Of a DNA stretch of 64,000 nucleotides, positions 50,633-63,790 are shown one piece after another. This DNA is from Ostrea edulis (lineage: Eukaryota): the NCBI RefSeq assembly GCF_947568905.1, contig NC_079166.1, positions 78,058,001 to 78,122,000 of the forward strand. Direction: 5' to 3'. The position numbers were made by a program, and so were the translations under genes. The notes beneath the pieces were generated by a model that saw only the letters and a program-made list of their open reading frames with translations, was not told where the DNA came from and ran no database searches. Position 1 is the first letter of the stretch, and each line of letters starts with the position of its first letter.

Positions 50633-52650
50633 TGATTCCGCATCACAACTGGTATCCTCTGAAACATAATCAACGTAACGTGTTTTTTTTTTGTGGAAAT
50701 AAACAAAACTGCAAACACTAAATATAATTTGTATGTTTGTGTTTTTGATAATTTTGATTACATTTATATTACAGCATAAACACCAGTTCACTATAAATCA
50801 CTTAAGCTATTCAATATAGAAGTTGGTTCAGTAATGTTTATACAAAACATGTTTACATTTACATCTACATTGCTGTCTGGCTTAGTATTTGCGATTGAGT
50901 TTGATTATTTCAGAATGTTTTCAATAACCAGTCAGATTTTAAAAATAGATTTATCCTTATTGTATCCATAGGAAAAGCAAATCTATGAAAAAATATGATC
51001 CAATTACTTGTGGTATATTTAAGTCTCTGTAGGACCACAATGTAAACAAGTCATTTATACTAATTGTGCTATCCTGTCTAAATAAAGAATTTATTATATA
51101 TACCATAATATAAATTGGCATGAAATTTGTGTTTAAAAATTGCATTTTAAAAGTACACATATATCAATTTTGTTAAATTACAACTATTCATAGGATGCAT
51201 ATTATTATTTTTAAAACGTTATATTTTTTTTTCAAATTTTCACCATGGCAACCAAGACCCATAGCAACAAAAAATGATTGATACATACTTCTGGTCATTT
51301 GATGTGAAATCATAAAGTTATATAAGACTTAATAAGATAATAAGGACCATGCATGGCAAACAGGTTTAGGTGGCTACCAGAATAAAAGCTCTACAAGCAA
51401 GAAAAAATACCCAACTTTGAAGTATTATTATATTTACTATAATCGAGAGTCCAAAGACAGATTTTTGATATATCGTAAATATACTTCTTCTCTATAAGAT
51501 GAAAGTAATTTTGAATAAATCAAAGCGTTATGTTTTGACTACTAGTAGATTAAAAAGTTATCATTTTCTGCAATTTATCAAAATCTGGAATCGTGCTAAA
51601 TTTGTGACCTTTCTGCACTTAAACGGAAGTAAAATTTTTAGAGTCCCACTAAACAATATGAATATGTATATCCAGTTGTTTTACAAACTGTGTCAATTTT
51701 TAAAAATCCATTTTCAATAACCTGTTAGAATTTTTAAATAGAAATGGTAAAATATACATAATTTTACTCTTTTGTCAGAACAAAAGTGCTATTTTTAGTA
51801 ACATGACTGTAAATCCCTCTCCAATGACTACATCCCCGAAAAAAATATGCCACAGTATTTGATATTGATGTACTTTATTACACTCAAAATATGTTGTTGA
51901 TCCGACAACCTTGCTTCCATCACATTTTGCATGGTTTTCTCGTAGAAAAGCTCTTAAACGAAATCAACTCATATCGAGACCAGGTATATTTACATAGTAA
52001 TGCGTTTCTTTCTTTTTTGTCTTATTTGGCTCGGTGATCTAAAAGAGTCTGAAATATGAAGTCAAATGTTACACGATTTACACCACCACCATCCTCTTCC
52101 TTCTAGCTGTATGATGGAGTTTAGTAACACGGGGTTAATTACTATTTACTGTCTATCTGAAAAACATTAACCACAATGTTTAACTTCACCAGCTGCTATC
52201 AGGAAAGACGTATTCCAGGGTGGTGGGTGTCCCAGACAATTCATCATACATAAATAATGATTGGTTATGTTTCCCAGTTTTTGTAAGTGATCACGTTTTG
52301 TTTGTGAATAGTTAATTTATTTTACCATTATCATTAATTTGTAGGTAGGTAAAGTGCAGCACACTATTTGAATCCTACACATTTAAGAAGGAACAACACA
52401 CGAGAGAAAGTGGACCGGGGGGATAAATGTATTCAGTACAATCATATTCTAAAAGTATAATCTTTCAACTTTACCTTATTTAGTGGAGAAAAAGCAGTTT
52501 TGAGAGAAGATCACCAAGGAAAATTAAACAAGAACCTACTAGACTCGAATTCACGAATCACAGATCAGCATTCAATGACAGTATTTCTTTCTTTGTTTCT
52601 TTTCGTCGATATCTTAAAGGATGAATATCACACCAGGGAAAACAACAAAA

Positions 52651-52895
52651 GATTGATTATTGTTTGGCGTCCCTCTCGAGAATATTTCACTCATATGGAG
52701 ACGTTACCTTTGCCAGTGAAGGGCTGCAAAATTTAGGCCTATGCTCGGCGCTTATCGCCATTGAGCAGGGAGGGGTCTTTATCGAGCCACACCTGCTGCC
52801 ACACGGGACCTCGATTTTTGCGGTTTCATCCTAAGGACTGCCCCATTTAGTCGCCTCTTACGATAAACTGAGGACCTACATGTATTCTAAACCGG
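52651..52895 (-). mobile_element. SINE 3' portion
   Basis: gattgatt tail; ggagacgttacc...gaagggctgcaaaatttaggcctatgctcggcgctta resembles the SINE bodies elsewhere in the window. Confidence 0.7.
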
Positions 52896-53499
52896 AAGAA
52901 GAAATAAAGAAACCATTAGAATTATTTTTTTATATAAAAAAAGCCCACGAATGTTCTTAGTAAGGTTCAAATCATTACTAGCAGTAGAACTATAATTACT
53001 TTTTCCTTAAGAACTATATGTTGATTCTGCATAACTTTATGACAAACAGGGAGAATGTAAATAGTCGGACATGTTTTCAATGCTCATGTTAAAAATAAGT
53101 TAGTACTAAGAATGGACACTTATGACGCTGATCGTGAGCTTTGATGCCGACATTAAGTAATTCCAGGAGGCCAGTCATTAATATGCACACGACGGTAAGT
53201 AATTTGCTGTCACTGATGAATAATTTATTTACCGCCTGTAATATAATGTAATCGGTAAGTAATTTGTTATGGACAAGAAGTACTCTGATACTATCGGCAA
53301 GTAATTTTTGTCGTTGGTGAATAATTCGTTTTCGTCGGTAAATAAGTTGATAATTATGTTAAAAAAGGTTCATATGTATAATATCCGGTATTGTTTGAAG
53401 ATCGAGTATTTATTCCATTTACAGATTTGGTTGTTTGATTTAACACTTCCCTAACAGAAGAGGGTAGTTTCTACACTGAGCTAATGAACACAATGGACA

Positions 53500-55610
53500 C
53501 TTTACTTTTCTCATCTTTTGTTACAACAAACCCTTATTTTTCTCTTCTGTTGTTACAACAAACCTTTACTTTTTTCTTCTGTTGTTACAACAAACCTTTA
53601 CTTTTTTCTTCTGTTTTTACAACAAACCTTTACTTTTATGTTGTTACAACAAATCTTTACTTTTCTCTTCTGTTGTTACAACAAACCTTTACTTTTTTCT
53701 TCTGTTTTTACAACAAACCTTTACTTTTATGTTGTTACAACAAATCTTTACTTTTCTCTTCTGTTGTTACAACAAACCTTTACTTTTTTCTTCTGTTTTT
53801 ACAACAAACCTTTACTTTTATGTTGTTACAACAAATCTTTACTTTTCTGTTATTACAACAAACCTTTACTTTCCTGTTGTTACAACAAACCTTTACTTTT
53901 CTGTTATTACAACAAACCTTTACTTTTATGTTGTTACAACAAACCTTTACTTTTCTGTTGTTACAACAAACCTTTACTTTTATGTTGTTACAACAAACCT
54001 TTACTTTTCTGTTGTTACAACAAACCTTTACTTTTCTGTTGTTACAACAAACCTTTACTTTTATGTTGTTACAACAAACCTTTACTTTTCTGTTGTTACA
54101 ACAAACCTTTACTTTTCTCTTCTGTTGTTACAACAAATCTTTACTTTACTTTTCTGTTGTTACAACAAATCTTTACTTTTCTGTTGTTACAACAAATCTT
54201 TACTTTTATGTTGTTACAACAAATCTTTACTTTTATGTTGTTACAACAAATCTTTACTTTTATGTTCTTACAACAAACCTTTACTTTTCTGTTATTACAA
54301 CAAACCTTTACTTTTCTGTTGTTACAACAAATCTTTACTTTTATGTTGTTACAACAAACCTTTACTTTTCTCTTCTGTTGTTACAACAAACCTTTACTTT
54401 TCTGTTATTACAACAAACCTTTACTTTTCTGTTGTTACAACAAACCTTTACTTTTCTGTTATTACAACAAACCTTTACTTTTATGTTGTTATAACAAACC
54501 TTTACTTTTCTGTTGTTACAACAAACCTTTACTTTTCTGTTGTTACAACAAACCTTTACTTTTCTGTTGTTACAACAAACCTTTACTTTTCTGTTGTTAC
54601 AACAAACCTTTACTTTTCTGTTGTTACAACAAACCTTTACTTTTCTGTTGTTACAACAAACCTTTACTTTTCTGTTATTACAACAAACCTTTACTTTTCT
54701 GTTGTTACAACAAACCTTTACTTTTCTGTTGTTACAACAAACCTTTACTTTTCTGTTGTTACAACAAACCTTTACTTTTCTCTTCTGTTGTTACAACAAA
54801 CCTTTACTTTTCTGTTATTACAACAAACCTTTACTTTTCTGTTGTTACAACAAACCTTTACTTTTCTGTTGTTACAACAAACCTTTACTTTTATGTTGTT
54901 ATAACAAACCTTTACTTTTCTGTTGTTACAACAAACCTTTACTTTTATGTTGTTACAACAAACCTTTACTTTTCTGTTGTTACAACAAACCTTTACTTTT
55001 CTGTTGTTACAACAAACCTTTACTTTTCTGTTGTTACAAAAAACCTTTACTTTTCTGTTGTTACAACAAACCTTTACTTTTCTGTTATTACAACAAACCT
55101 TTACTTTTCTGTTGTTACAACAAACCTTTACTTTTCTGTTGTTACAACAAACCTTTACTTTTATGTTGTTACAACAAACCTTTACTTTTCTGTTGTTACA
55201 ACAAACCTTTACTTTTCTGTTGTTACAACAAACCTTTACTTTTCTGTTGTTACAACAAATCTTTACTTTTCTGTTGTTACAACAAACCTTTACTTTTCTG
55301 TTGTTACAACAAACCTTTACTTTTCTGTTGTTACAACAAACCTTTACTTTTCTGTTATTACAACAAACCTTTACTTTTATGTTGTTACAACAAACCTTTA
55401 CTTTTCTGTTGTTACAACAAACCTTTACTTTTCTGTTGTAACAACAAACCTTTACTTTTATGTTGTTACAACAAACCTTTACTCTTCTGTTGTTACAACA
55501 AACCTTTACTTTTCTGTTGTTACAACAAACCTTTACTCTTCTGTTGTTACAACAAACCTTTACTTTTCTGTTGTTACAACAAACCTTTACTTTTCTGTTT
55601 TTACAACACA
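53500..55610. repeat. 27-bp minisatellite (ttgttacaacaaacctttacttttctg) with 32-bp variants, about 75 copies
   Basis: Direct periodicity; explains six long spurious ORFs. Confidence 0.97.
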
Positions 55611-56376
55611 CCTTTACGTTTTTTGTCTGATTCATCTGAGGTCGGCCATTTTGCTAATATTTCTTGTGTTTGCCAACAAGCATTCTTTGAACTCAGAAAG
55701 GAATGACTTCCTTCCCTGATTTGTTTTGTTGTAGTTGGGTTTTTTTTATTGTGAAGAATGCTGGGATATTGCAATATCAGATGTTTGGTAGTGAAATGAG
55801 GTATCGCCGACTTCCAGTTCTACAATGACATGAAGTCATCATGTGTCGACTTTTACGTAAACGTTGCACTAAATTCGTGACAAATATATTTCACTCAAAG
55901 TTAATTCACAGCTAATTGATAGGAAAAGTCAGTCAACCGGGCTTTATATATTTAAGAAATGAATTTCATTTCTGCGATGCTTCACACCAATGTAACAAAC
56001 AAACAATCAATCTTTTAATGATGAAATATAACACCTACTTCCTGACTGAGATATGGATTGCAAGAAACATTATATAGTTCAATGTTGAAATATAAGTCTT
56101 CACCTCTTTTGCATATTCCTGTTTCTTCTTCAAGCACAGTTGGGTTTTGGTTGGGGTTTTTTTTTTGGGGGGGGGGGTGTTTTACAGTATGTACACGTAT
56201 ATATTAATCTAAATATTGAGTTGAAAACTTCTTTACTTAGATAGTGTACTGTCTTTGTTCTTATCTTGATAAATTATAACCCAAAGAGGATTCAACTCCA
56301 AGGGAGGAGAGACTTGGGAAAAGAATAAGGAAATCCTTTTTGGGGATTAGATTTCGTTTGCCTGGGAAATAATGAT

Positions 56377-56377
<1 letters not shown>

Positions 56378-56449
<72 letters not shown>
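56378..56449. repeat. (CT)n microsatellite
   Basis: Direct. Confidence 0.95.
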
Positions 56450-56452
<3 letters not shown>

Positions 56453-56996
56453 CATCTACATTTATGTACTTAACATTTAAGCAGCCGTTAAAAAATGCAT
56501 TATGCTGATCAAAATTGAACGTTGATCACTTTTCAACGACCGTTTTTATCAAAATTTAACGTTAGTTTTTTTTGATCATGTCTTATCTTTATGTGTTTTC
56601 AAATTTTTCGTTTATATTTTCAGTCTACTTTCACTTCCGTCGTAAATCCCAGACGTTAAAATAAACCTACTATATTTATCAAGATTTATACGCGCGTTGT
56701 TTTCATGAGGAAATGGTTATCAATGCAATTTGTACAGATATTAAAGGCAAAAACATTGAAAATGTGAATATCATTGTAGATTAAAACACGTTAAGTAGAA
56801 TGCACTAGTCGCTGGGATGAACTGCAGCTATTGATTTTCAATTCTTTAAAGGATATTCTTAAAGTTTTTCCTCCTTAACATTACTTTAACATGAGTGCCT
56901 TGGGGAATATTTTCACTGGAAATACACGATGTAATCCATGTACCATTTTACTAGCGGGATTCTTGGTGTAACGTGTGGGATAAATTTCATGGTGAA

Positions 56997-57404
56997 CAGA
57001 ATCTGTAGCTCTCTGGGAAATATGGGACAGACTAGAGAACTACAGACCCACCCCTTATAAAAACCTTCGATTTACGACCCAGAAAAAAATGCGCACGTTT
57101 GAAGCCTTATATCGTTGTATTTGTGCATCGCCGTCTGAAAAATTGAATATTTAAAAATATTCCATACCATATTTTCCCACAATACTTGTGTTCAAACATA
57201 CATATGTACCTTCAAATATTCATTAAAGCCCCATAAGACCCCGATTTTGTTTGTTGACGTAACAATGCCAGGTAGCCAGTCAAATCACCCCCGGTTCCTT
57301 TCCGTATTTGTATTTTAGGTCACTCGAGTATCGAAGGTTTTTGTAAGGGTGGATCTGTAGCTTTCCAGTCGGTCTCAATATTTTCCCAGATAGCTACAGA
57401 TCTG
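56997..57404. mobile_element. MITE with imperfect TIRs of about 55 bp
   Basis: cagaatctgtagctctctgggaaatat...ctacagacccaccc versus gggtggatctgtag...atattttcccagatagctacagatctg. Confidence 0.7.
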
Positions 57405-57565
57405 CAACAAGTAGAAACTGCACTAGAGAAAATTGATAAGTTTCCGAAAATGGCTTCGTAAAAGAAATTTAAAATAATATTTCTTCGTTGAAATTTATAG
57501 AAAGCAATGATAGTAAAATTTGGACAAGCGATCTAGAGAAACGTGATTTTTTCCCTATCTGGTTA

Positions 57566-57748
57566 ATATATATATTCTTGTCTCGCATGTCACCTATATA
57601 TCTTTTTTCAGATTTCACCTATATCCTTGTCTTAGATATCCCCTATATTCTGATCTCAGATATCACCTATATTCTGATCTCAGATATCACCTTTATCTTT
57701 GTCTCAGATATCACCTATATTCTTGTTTCAGATTTCACCTATATATCT
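57566..57748. repeat. 24-bp repeat block, inverted copy of part of 58664-59218
   Basis: agatatcacctatattctgatctc units. Confidence 0.9.
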
Positions 57749-58663
57749 GAAAGGAATGGCCTCTTGTTTAGAATACTTTGTTCCGATTCCCAGAGCAGAG
57801 CTAACCGTCGTATAGAAGGGTGTGCTGCATCGAATATGTAAGACATACACGGACAGATGTGCACATTTCCAGTGTTTTTGCCTTCGATATATATTCCAAT
57901 TGTAATAATCTTAATCAATGGAGTTCAGTTTTCGTATTCTACATAAAGCAATGCAAACACAGTGTAAATATGTGAGATAAATACTATTAATCCGAATGTA
58001 GTTACACGTAATATAAAAACTTGTACTTTATTTAGTCTCAACATTCCTTAACCAATCCCCTTGGCGTATTTATGAAAGGTGAGGATAACGAACAGTAATC
58101 AATTCCGTAACTCTAGATAACATTCATACAGAACATGATCTTTTGGAGGAAATTCCGATTACATATAAGAGATTAGATGTAGTGATGTCAAGCAGACTGA
58201 CTGCCGCGGTAAGGAATACGTGTAGAGTTACTACAGCTCTGCACATGTGTGACTGTCACGCATGCTCATTGAAATGGATACAGCTTATGCAAAACAAGCA
58301 GATTGATTTCATAACGGATGGTGTGCTTTCCTGTAATTCAGGTAAACGTAACTTGATGTCTACTTCCAAGTGTTAGACTGGGTTTTACCACACGCAGACA
58401 ATGCGCATGTGCGCGTATATATACAATGTGTTTTAAACTTTTCGCCAAAATGAAATTTGTAATACTCTTAAACAAATTCAATGGTTATTACAAAATTTCA
58501 TAAAGCATTGAAACATATACATAGTCTAATTCATTCTCTAAATCAGTTTGTCTGAAAAGAAAGCAACAGTGCTGGTAAAACAAGCAAAGTTTCAAAGTAA
58601 TTAATTAATATCACAGAGATGATGTACAAATATGCGTGTTTAACAAACATGACAATCTTACAA

Positions 58664-59218
58664 AGATATATAGGTGAAATCTGAAACAAGAATATAGGTG
58701 ATATCTGAGACAAAGATAAAGGTGATATCTGAGATCAGAATATAGGTGATATCTGAGACCTGAATATAGGGGATATCTAAGACAAGGATATAGGTGATAT
58801 CTGAGATCAGAATATAGGTGATATCTGAGACCTGAATATAGGGGATATCTGAGACAAAGATAAAGGTGATATCTGAGATCAGAATATAGGTGATATCTGA
58901 GACCTGAATATAGGGGATATCTAAGACAAGGATATAGGTGAAATCTGAAAAAAGATATATAGGTGACATGCGAGACGAGAATATAGGTGACATCTGTGAC
59001 AAATATGGTAATATCTGAGACAAGAATATAGGTGATATCTGAGACAAGGATATAGGTGAAATCTGAGAATAAGATATATAGGTGACATCTGAGACCAGAA
59101 TATAGGTGATATCTGAAACAAATATATATAGGTAACATGTGAGACAAGAATACAGGTGATATCTGAGACAAATATAGTAATATCTGAGACAAGGATATAG
59201 GTGATATCTGAGACAATA
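58664..59218. repeat. 24-bp minisatellite (gagatcagaatataggtgatatct), about 23 copies
   Basis: Direct periodicity with 72-bp higher-order blocks. Confidence 0.93.
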
Positions 59219-59299
59219 GTAAGAAAGGATGATACATGTAGGATGCAGAGCTGGCCATGCACTTTTCACGTTTTCCGCCTTCATAAAACCTATACATGT

Positions 59300-59590
59300 A
59301 CATTAAATTTGCGCCGGTTATTTTCACTATAACCTATACCGTTTGTGTATAACATCAAATTCGCGCCGGTTAATTTCCCGTTAACCTAATACCTTATGTA
59401 CAGCATTGAATTCGCGCCGGGTTTTTTCACGATCACCTATACCTTTTATACAGCATTGAAATCCACGTCGGTTATTTTCACATAACATGATAGCGCATTA
59501 ACAACATTAAATTTGCGTCGATTATTTTCACGTTGGCCTATACCGTATATACAGCATTAAGTTTGCGCCAGATATTTTCACGGTCCCCGG
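59300..59590. repeat. Degenerate tandem repeat of about 52 bp, x6
   Basis: attaaattcgcgccggttattttcac...cctatacc recurs. Confidence 0.75.
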
Positions 59591-60642
59591 AGTAAATAAA
59601 TTTTTGCGCAATTTTAAAAACATAATTTCTTTATATTTCAAAAATAGTTCAGTCATTTATAAGCACGAATAGACATCTTTTATAGAGGATGTGTTACTTG
59701 TATTTCAATTTAATAATGAAAAAGGCCAAACATCAAGGATTTTTTATATACATGTATCTATATTTCAAACACTTTTGCCTTTGATACCTTTACAAATTGT
59801 AATGAAAACCATTTTCTCATGAATGCATTTTAGTTGTAAACAATGTGCGTATAAATCTTGATAAGTATTATAGTACATTAAATTTAAAGTCCAGAAATCC
59901 CAACAGAAACTACTGTAAAGTAGAACTTAAATATAAACAATAAATTTCATTCCACGTCCCACACCGGCACACTTGACACGAAGCGTGTTTGTTGTATATA
60001 GCGAGCCACTTTAGTCTTGTTTTGCTTTCGTAAAGGTTGCTCCCATTTTTATATGAAATAAAACACGTTAACATTGCACGTTGGTTAGAAGAAAATACGC
60101 TCACTAATGGTACAACATGTCAGGCTGTGCTGAATTGATTATATAAATGTAAAGGAGACGCTTCGATCTATCCCAAGTAATCTATACTTAAAAATTCATC
60201 CATTGACTTAATCAACGGAAGGAGAGGGCATCTAAACTTAGTCGACTCAGTCTGTTTGTTCAGAACAAGCATATATATGGGCATTTAATAGCCAATTCAT
60301 ATCGCCCTAAGCGCAAGGTCCCAAACGTCCGGACTGATTAGAAACCATCCATTGCTGCACTTTTAACGTGTCATTTTAAGAATTGGATCAGAGTTTGGGG
60401 GAACATTCCGCCATAATAGAAACACGGGGGGTAGACATCAATCATGTTGATGATTTGCTGCTCCTTTATCCACGCTCAACTATTGTGAAAATGCTGGACA
60501 ATTTACACAGCTAATTCATGCTTCTTGTGAAACTACAGGTTGTTTCTTCGCAACCATGAGCGCTAGTATGTAGCACCAAACCTTAATGAAATACACAAGG
60601 GACAGGGAAATCTTGCAGCAAAATGCGCAAAATTTCTTAGCA

Positions 60643-61020
60643 TTTTTTAAATCGAGGTACGCTACCGAAAAACAACTTCATGGTGCAGGGGTTTCAACAG
60701 TCTCGTTTAAAGTCAGCATTTCGCAAATTCTATGGTCGTTATAACAATCTAGTTTGGCAATACAACCTATCATTAGGTCATGTTTCATACAGACCCTTAG
60801 ACCGTTCTGGGCACACTAATTATGACTACGGATAACTCCGTTTACGTGATCAAGATATAGGGCTCACGGCGGGTGTGACCGGTCGACAGGGGGTATTTAC
60901 TTCCCCTAGACACCTGATCCCACCTCTGGTGTGTCCAGGGTTCCGTGTTTGCCCAACTATCTATTTTGTATTGCTTATAGGAGTTATGAGATTGATCACT
61001 GTTCATTATCTTCACCTTAC
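60643..61020 (+). mobile_element. Penelope-like (probably Naiad-type) retroelement 3' fragment
   Basis: FLNRG...QGFQQSRLKSAFRKFYGRYNNLV.QYNLSLG, followed by the same 3' region as 2160-3640. Confidence 0.75.
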
Positions 61021-61064
61021 ATATTGTTGAATGTCCCCATTTGGGAGGGGGAGGGGGACATAAT

Positions 61065-61685
61065 GTGCAATACCGGATACAGAATGTGCAATACCGGATA
61101 CAGAATGTACAATACCGGACACAGGACAGGCAATACCGGATACAGAACGGACAATACCGGATATAGAACGGACAATACCGGATATAGAATGTGCAATACC
61201 GGATACAGAACGAGCAATACCGGATACTATACGATCAGATTTACGTACAATACGATGAAATTTATATACAATACGATCAGATTTACGTACTATACGATCA
61301 AATTTACATTCAATACGATCAGATGTACTTTCAATACGATCAGATGTACTTTCAATACGATGAGATTTACATACATGTTCAATACGATCAGATTTACGTA
61401 CTATACGATCAGATTTACATTCAATACGATCAAATTTACGTACAATACGATCAGATTTATATACAATACGATCAGATTTACGTACAATACGATCAGATTT
61501 ACGTACAATACGATCAGATTTACGTACAATACGATCAGATTTACGTACAATACGATCAGATTTACGTACAATACGATCAGATGTACATTCAATACGATCA
61601 GATTTACATTCAATACAATCAGATTTAAATGTATATACAATACGATCAGGTTTACATACAATACGATCAGATTTACGTACCATAC
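61065..61685. repeat. Two adjacent 21-bp arrays (gcaataccggatacagaatgt x8; caatacgatcagatttacgta, about 22 copies)
   Basis: Direct periodicity. Confidence 0.93.
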
Positions 61686-61988
61686 AATTCACGCCATAGA
61701 TAACATTAGGATAAACGATTTTCTCCAGAAATGCAAATACTAAAAAGATACACGACATAGATAATACATGTATATTGGGCCTGTGTTTTTCACCGAAATT
61801 ATATTCATTTAGATAAACATGCTTAAACGTGACGTAATTCACTTAATAGATGATTAATATTAAAAAGATGTTTTCATTTTATCATAATTTCACCTACATG
61901 TAATATAGAAAAACTGATTTTTTTTTTTTTTTTTTTTTTTTTGGTACTTCAAATTCTTGAATTTAAATTAAAAGACAATGCCAAAACC

Positions 61989-62333
61989 GGACTAGACCAC
62001 CACGATTTAATTACCTGACTAGACCGCCACGATTTAATTACCTGACTAGACCGCCACAATTTAATTACCTGACTAGACCGCCACAATTTAATTACCTGAC
62101 TAGACCGCCACGATTTAATTACCTGACTAGACCGCCACGATTTAATTACCTGACTAGACCGCCACGATTTAATTACCTGACTAGACCGCCACGATTTAAT
62201 TACCTGACTAGACCGCCACGATTTAATTACCTGACTAGACCGCCACGATTTAATTACCTGACTAGACCGCCACGATTTAATTACCTGACTAGACCGCCAC
62301 GATTTAATTACCTGACTAGACCGCCACAATTTA
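61989..62333. repeat. 27-bp tandem repeat x13 (actagaccgccacgatttaattacctg)
   Basis: Direct periodicity. Confidence 0.95.
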
Positions 62334-63047
62334 AATACATGCATATCTACTGGGATTACTCTGGCAATGAGCAGCGAATACTTGAAATCAACATGCTAGA
62401 GATATTTATGAATTTATCCTCTTTTTTTTTTTAATTATTCCTAAAATGTACAGTTGTATATCTCTATGGGGAAATTTTTACTCGAGTCCATCCTTACTCT
62501 TGCATTTGGTCCAAAGCTGAAATGTTCGTATTTCTATTGCAATTTCAAAACAACTAAATTTGAAAATCTCCTTAATTCTGCTTATAACATTTTATGATGT
62601 TAACATTACTCAATATGTTTCGTGTAATTAAGATTGGCGGACATTGTGAAAACTCCCTGCAATACAAATCTTCTGTGCATTGGCTTTAAGAAATAACACC
62701 TTATGAAGATTGAAATACTAGGTATACTGTTTAAAGTTTATCTAGATCTTAATTGGTAAAGTCGGGTATCTATTACGATACAACTTTAGACCGAATATCG
62801 AGAACAGCGGACTTTGCTCATTCTCGATACCGGTATTAAAGGTTTAATGCGTGTGTATCAGTTTCTTTGATATAATCAACCTCATCTAGATAAAGAAAAT
62901 GATAATTTTTATACAGCTTATATTAACAATAACGATATGAGAACGTAGAAAGTGGGCGTATCATGGGGAACATCCTTGTTGATTATCGGTAGCCTTCAAA
63001 ATTATTCAAGTTGATGATCTGAGTAATGCAGTCATATTAGTTAGTTA

Positions 63048-63145
63048 GTTACAATGTAGTTAGTTAGTTAGTTAGTTAGTTTGTTCGTTAGTTCGTTCGT
63101 TAGTTAGTTAGTTCGTTCGTTCGTTCGTTTGTTCGTTCGTTAGTT
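63048..63145. repeat. Compound (TTAG)n/(TTCG)n microsatellite
   Basis: Direct. Confidence 0.9.
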
Positions 63146-63547
63146 TATTGAAACCTTGAGAAACTTTTATTGATATAGTAGCCTACAGAAATAAAATTCT
63201 AATCATCAAGTAACAATTAATATACTGGTGAGTGTAATCACATTAAAAGAACCATGTGAACAAATGCAGTATGTCCTATGCGACTAAAAATAGCGTTTAC
63301 TTAATAAATATTGAAGTATAGCATGATGCTTCTTGAATAAAAGTTAATTTTCAATGGAAATGATTTTAAATGGAGGTAGTTTAAATAGTAAACAAAGTAT
63401 TGCATTGTAATGCGTGCGCATGTGGATACAAAGTGATCGACAAAAGCCGAAGCCAATTACTTAATAATGCAAATCTTCCGGAAAAGTCCGACACTCTGAG
63501 GGGAAATTCAGATGTCCAAGGTCATCTAGTCAGGAAAACAGAAACAT

Positions 63548-63790
63548 GAATAAGTCGTGTACTCATCAAATCCTGACGTATACACATACAGCAGAAACAT
63601 GCATAAGTCGTGTACTCATCAAATTCTGACGTATGTACACACATACAACAGAAACATGCATAAGTCGTGTACTCATCAAATTCTGAGGTAAACACATACA
63701 ACAGATATATGCATAAGTCGTGTACTCATCAAATCCTGACGTATACACATACAACAGAAACATGCATAAGTCGTGTACTCATCAAATCCT
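63548..63790. repeat. 53-57-bp tandem repeat, about 5 copies (ataagtcgtgtactcatcaaatcctgacg...)
   Basis: Direct periodicity. Confidence 0.9.

Noticed and set aside
53484-55719. ORFs of 172-733 aa
   Set aside because: Translations of a 27-bp stop-poor repeat in several overlapping frames on both strands; no domain, no splice context
55617-55725. Minus-strand exon-like stretch beside the 27-bp array
   Set aside because: No acceptor upstream, and the good-context ATG is followed by a stop after five codons
58611-59327. 238-aa and 208-aa ORFs
   Set aside because: Translation of the 24-bp array
63548-63790. Possible hammerhead ribozyme (minus strand TTGATGAGTAC) in the repeat
   Set aside because: Lacks the CUGANGA first base and a downstream GAAA core
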